From the NCBI RefSeq assembly GCF_009914755.1, contig NC_060925.1: DNA of 64,000 nt; one strand, written 5' to 3'. The DNA is from the human T2T-CHM13v2.0 reference genome, Homo sapiens. The notes under the pieces are model-generated. The model ran no database searches. It was not told the origin of the DNA and saw only the letters and a list, made by a program, of their open reading frames with translations. Shown in pieces: positions 60,201 to 64,000 of the stretch. Each line of letters begins with the position of its first letter. Within the stretch, counting starts at the first letter, position 1. A program made the position numbers and the translations under genes.

Positions 60201-60975
60201 TCTAGAACAGGTAAGGCTTGCCATGCATTGACTGAATTAATCAAGGAGTCCATTAATGAATCATTACTAAAATGGGGTGATCCAGAGGAGAAAGGTCAGT
60301 GTGTGCTGTGGAAGTTAAGGAATGCTTTCTGGGGGAGGCAGAATGAGAGCTGGGCTTGAGAAATGAGCTAATTACAGCTGAAGAAAAGTGAAACAGTAGG
60401 GATCTGATCTTAAACAAAATCAATGAGGTGGGAATGAGCTTCCATGTGTTTGGGGGATCTTGAGGAACCTGCCTGCTAGCTTGGTGTGGATATTGGTTGT
60501 TGAGGAACAAGCAGGATGATAGGATAGGGTGAGATGGGAAGAGCCTGGATGTAGTAGATCTGGAAAGCCCAGATGAGTGAACCTTGTACCTACCCTCTAC
60601 TTAATCCCCAGAGAGGTGTACCATAGGCTTCCTATCAAGCTGACTGGCATTGAGCCCTTTCTCCAAGTTTTATTCCTCGACCCAGACATTCACTTTATTG
60701 CCTCAGGAGAGGTTCAGTGTGATCACTGACCTGCTCAATGTCAAGGTGACTGGTGAGTCAGTGGGCTTGGAACTGGAACAGGTCCTTGTCACATTTACCA
60801 TCCCTGGCAGATACGGCAACACCTAACAGTCTATAAATGCCTCAGATAATAAGTAAAGTATACCATAAACTCTGAGCTATGGAGGCATCAGTCCGTCTCT
60901 GCCAAAGGTGGTAGTTTTTTCCAGCATTAGATGGGAAGCACCTCCAGGGCTGCCTGTTCAACCACCCACCCCCAA

Positions 60976-61017
60976 AGCAGCAGCAGCAGCTCCTCCTCCT
61001 CCTCCTCCTCCTCTTCC
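60976..61017. repeat. (AGC)5(TCC)7 compound trinucleotide repeat
   Basis: Direct reading. Confidence 0.95.
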
Positions 61018-61539
61018 TTCCCCCCACCCCACCCCTCGCCCAGCAGGCTGGCAGCCCAGCCTTTCCTGTCTCTACCAAGGAAGGTGTGTGTCCCACAACT
61101 CCACGAAAGGGCCCCTGTTACACCTGGAGAGGAGGCTTGGATTTTAAAATGCCAGACTCTCTAAGAGACCCCACTGAGGTGGTCAAGCTTACATTTCCAG
61201 GCCCTGTCACCTCTGTGACTATAACAGATACTTCCCTGCCATGTGGTTCCAGCTCAACTGTAAGCTCTACAAAGGCAAGGATGATGCTATCTCATACCTG
61301 CTTGTCCCCAGCAGCCAACACAGTGAGTGTTTAGAATGCATTCGCTAAACAAATGATTGACCATGATGTGGACTTAGGGATGGGACACAAAAACTGCTCA
61401 ATGCCTATGCAGCTCCTCTGGAGGTCTGCTCACCACCTCCATGGAATAACAGCTGCCTTTTACTCAGTTGTGCATTACGGTGGTAGGCACATTTCCCACA
61501 GCAGTTCATTTAATATTCACAACATCCACCTTTTATGGG

Positions 61540-62200
61540 GAGCATGCTTATCTGCATTTTACTGATGAAGAAACTGAAGGTAAGATGAGTTAAGGTCACA
61601 CTGCTAGCAAGAAGCAGAGCCAGGACTCCCACCGAAGTCTGACTGACCCCAAAGCTCTCATCCTTTCAGATTGTAAGCCTAGAGTGCTTCTGTGAGCAAA
61701 GTCACTGGAGTCTTCCACCTGCCACTGGGATGGCAATACAGCAACCCTTTAGCTCCCCCTCCCACCTTGGCAGGAAGCGGTTTATCAGATTAACAACCTG
61801 CCTGCTCCCACAGCAGCGACCAGTGCTCTAAGGAAACAGAATTGGGCTGGGCTCAGCCTTCTGTGGGGGCCAAGGACACAGGGATACCCCAGGCCTTGGA
61901 ACTGGGGTGCTACCTTGTGCTTTTCCCCTTCCCAGCAGGAGATCCTAATGTATCCTTTGACATCAATGTCAGTATGAAGTAATAGGAACTACACAGAATT
62001 TGGAGACAGACAGACATGGGTTTGAGGTTTGAGCCTTGACAGGCTTTGTGCCCTTGGACAAGCAGCATAGCCTCTCAATTCTCAGTTTCTTCAGCCAAAG
62101 AATGGTTTCATGACATCATGGGAGTTATCTTCAGTATTAAATGAGATGGCATGTTTAAGGAGCTCACTCCACAACTGGCACCTAACAGTGCTTTTAAACA
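61540..62200. mobile_element. MIR fragments (about 61540-61650 and 61990-62200)
   Basis: cattttactgatgaagaaactgaag...aaggtcacac; ctcagtttcttcagc...attaaatgagat. Confidence 0.7.
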
Positions 62201-63230
62201 AGAGTTTTCCTTTCCTCTCAACTGGATAGGGCAACAATTATTGGTCCCACTTGTCAGATGCGCAAACAGGTGCCAATAGGTTGAGTGGCCTATAGCTAGA
62301 AGAAGGGTGCCATCCCCTAACTCACAAGCCAAGGCTCTTTCTGCTGCCTTTTATCTGGCTCCTCAAAAGCAAAAACAGTTTGTTCTCCCCAAAACTGCTG
62401 ATTTTGCCTTGAATAGGTAGCAGTCTGGGTCCTCTTCCTTTTCTCCTTGCTCCCTTTCCCCATATTCTTATTTTACCAGTCTCTTTGCTCACAAATCAGA
62501 CTTATCATCATAAAGCAATAGAAAGGGCCATGGGCAGAATGGGAGGTAAATACAGTCCTCTCCACAAGGAAAACAAGCCCTCTCTATTGGTGCACAGTCA
62601 TGACTCACCCCAGGCCTTTTATGAGGGCCAGATGCTGAGCATGTCTGAATTGCTTCAAATTGCTTCTTCTTCAGTGTGTGCTGGTGGTGGGGAGGGGAAC
62701 AACCAACATCTATATATATTTATACATTTACCAGGAAATGTGTTTAAATTGTTTTCCAATCAAGTTTTACCACAAGCCGGGAGTTCCACACCTAATGAGT
62801 AGGCCAAACCCAGCCCATTGTCAACAGAGAAAAGTACATCTCAAACATAAAAGATTTCAAATCAAAATGGATATTAGAAGAGCATGATTCTTGGCATTGC
62901 TGAGCAGCCGGAGTTGTCTCCAGCAGCTGACAGTGTGAGTAGTAGTTGTTTTGAGGCTGACTTCATCCTGGATACCTTAGGAGCAAGGCAATGAAGGCTT
63001 CCAAGGAAGGAAAGCGTCTCTTTATGGCCTGCAACTGCTATACATTCAGACCTTTGGAAATCCCTGGTGTGGCTGCTGACCACCGAGAGCCCATCCCTGA
63101 GTTTGCCCACAAGGCAGCAGCCCTGCCTCAACCTGTCTGTTGCTCTGGGGCCACGGCTTGGGTCTTCTCTAAGACAACTTGAACCTAGAGATCTGTATGG
63201 ACCCCTTACATCCGGATGTTACTTGTTACT

Positions 63231-63574
<344 letters not shown>

Positions 63575-64000
63575 TAGTCTTCAGTCAGTGTCCAAAATAT
63601 AAGCCTTCTCATTTGTTCTTTCTCACATTCTCATCACCACACTGCTCTGTGTCCTCTCCCAAATCCCTTTCCCTTTCTCTGCAAGGCTTTCCTCTATGCA
63701 CACTGGATCCTCATTCCATGGCAAATCAATCCTCTTCGTCCTTCATCTTCTCACAGAATGCTCTCTCCTCATCTTGGCCTCCCTAAGGCCTGGTCATCCC
63801 CCAGTCACAGGTGTGACTATCAGCTATCTTCAGTGATGGCTTTTTATTCTGCTACACCTGTGTATCTACCTGGGTCAGCAGATTAGGCCTGCAGGTAAGG
63901 TCAGTGTTCTCACACTCCTGTGCTCCTCTAGACCATTACTCTCCTCCCCCAGGGAACTGCCTTGGGGATCACACCATCTGGCTACACCAGCTTCCCTGTA

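Overview
Repeat-rich primate (human-like) genomic DNA: about 45 Alus, several L1s, MaLR LTRs, DNA transposons, MIR and L2. The only clearly functional coding sequence is the 3' end of RPAP2 on the + strand, identified from my recollection of its C-terminus ...FRTSCLPE. Positions 1-31608 are one long intron, a 150-nt exon lies at 31609-31758, and the terminal exon starts at 37898, supplying only the last base of a split TG|A stop codon. Downstream are a near-full-length L1PA6/7-like element nested in an Alu inside an older L1M, inverted Alus and a full-length 7SL retrocopy. The most interesting unexplained signal is at about 60.6-64 kb. There, five exon-like segments (several with good splice sites) give translations that, once frameshifts and stops are repaired, follow the cadherin-repeat pattern. 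This may be a decayed, unprocessed cadherin-family gene continuing past the window end. Almost all ORFs in the supplied track are Alu or L1 artefacts. Repeat boundaries and subfamily calls were made by eye and are approximate.
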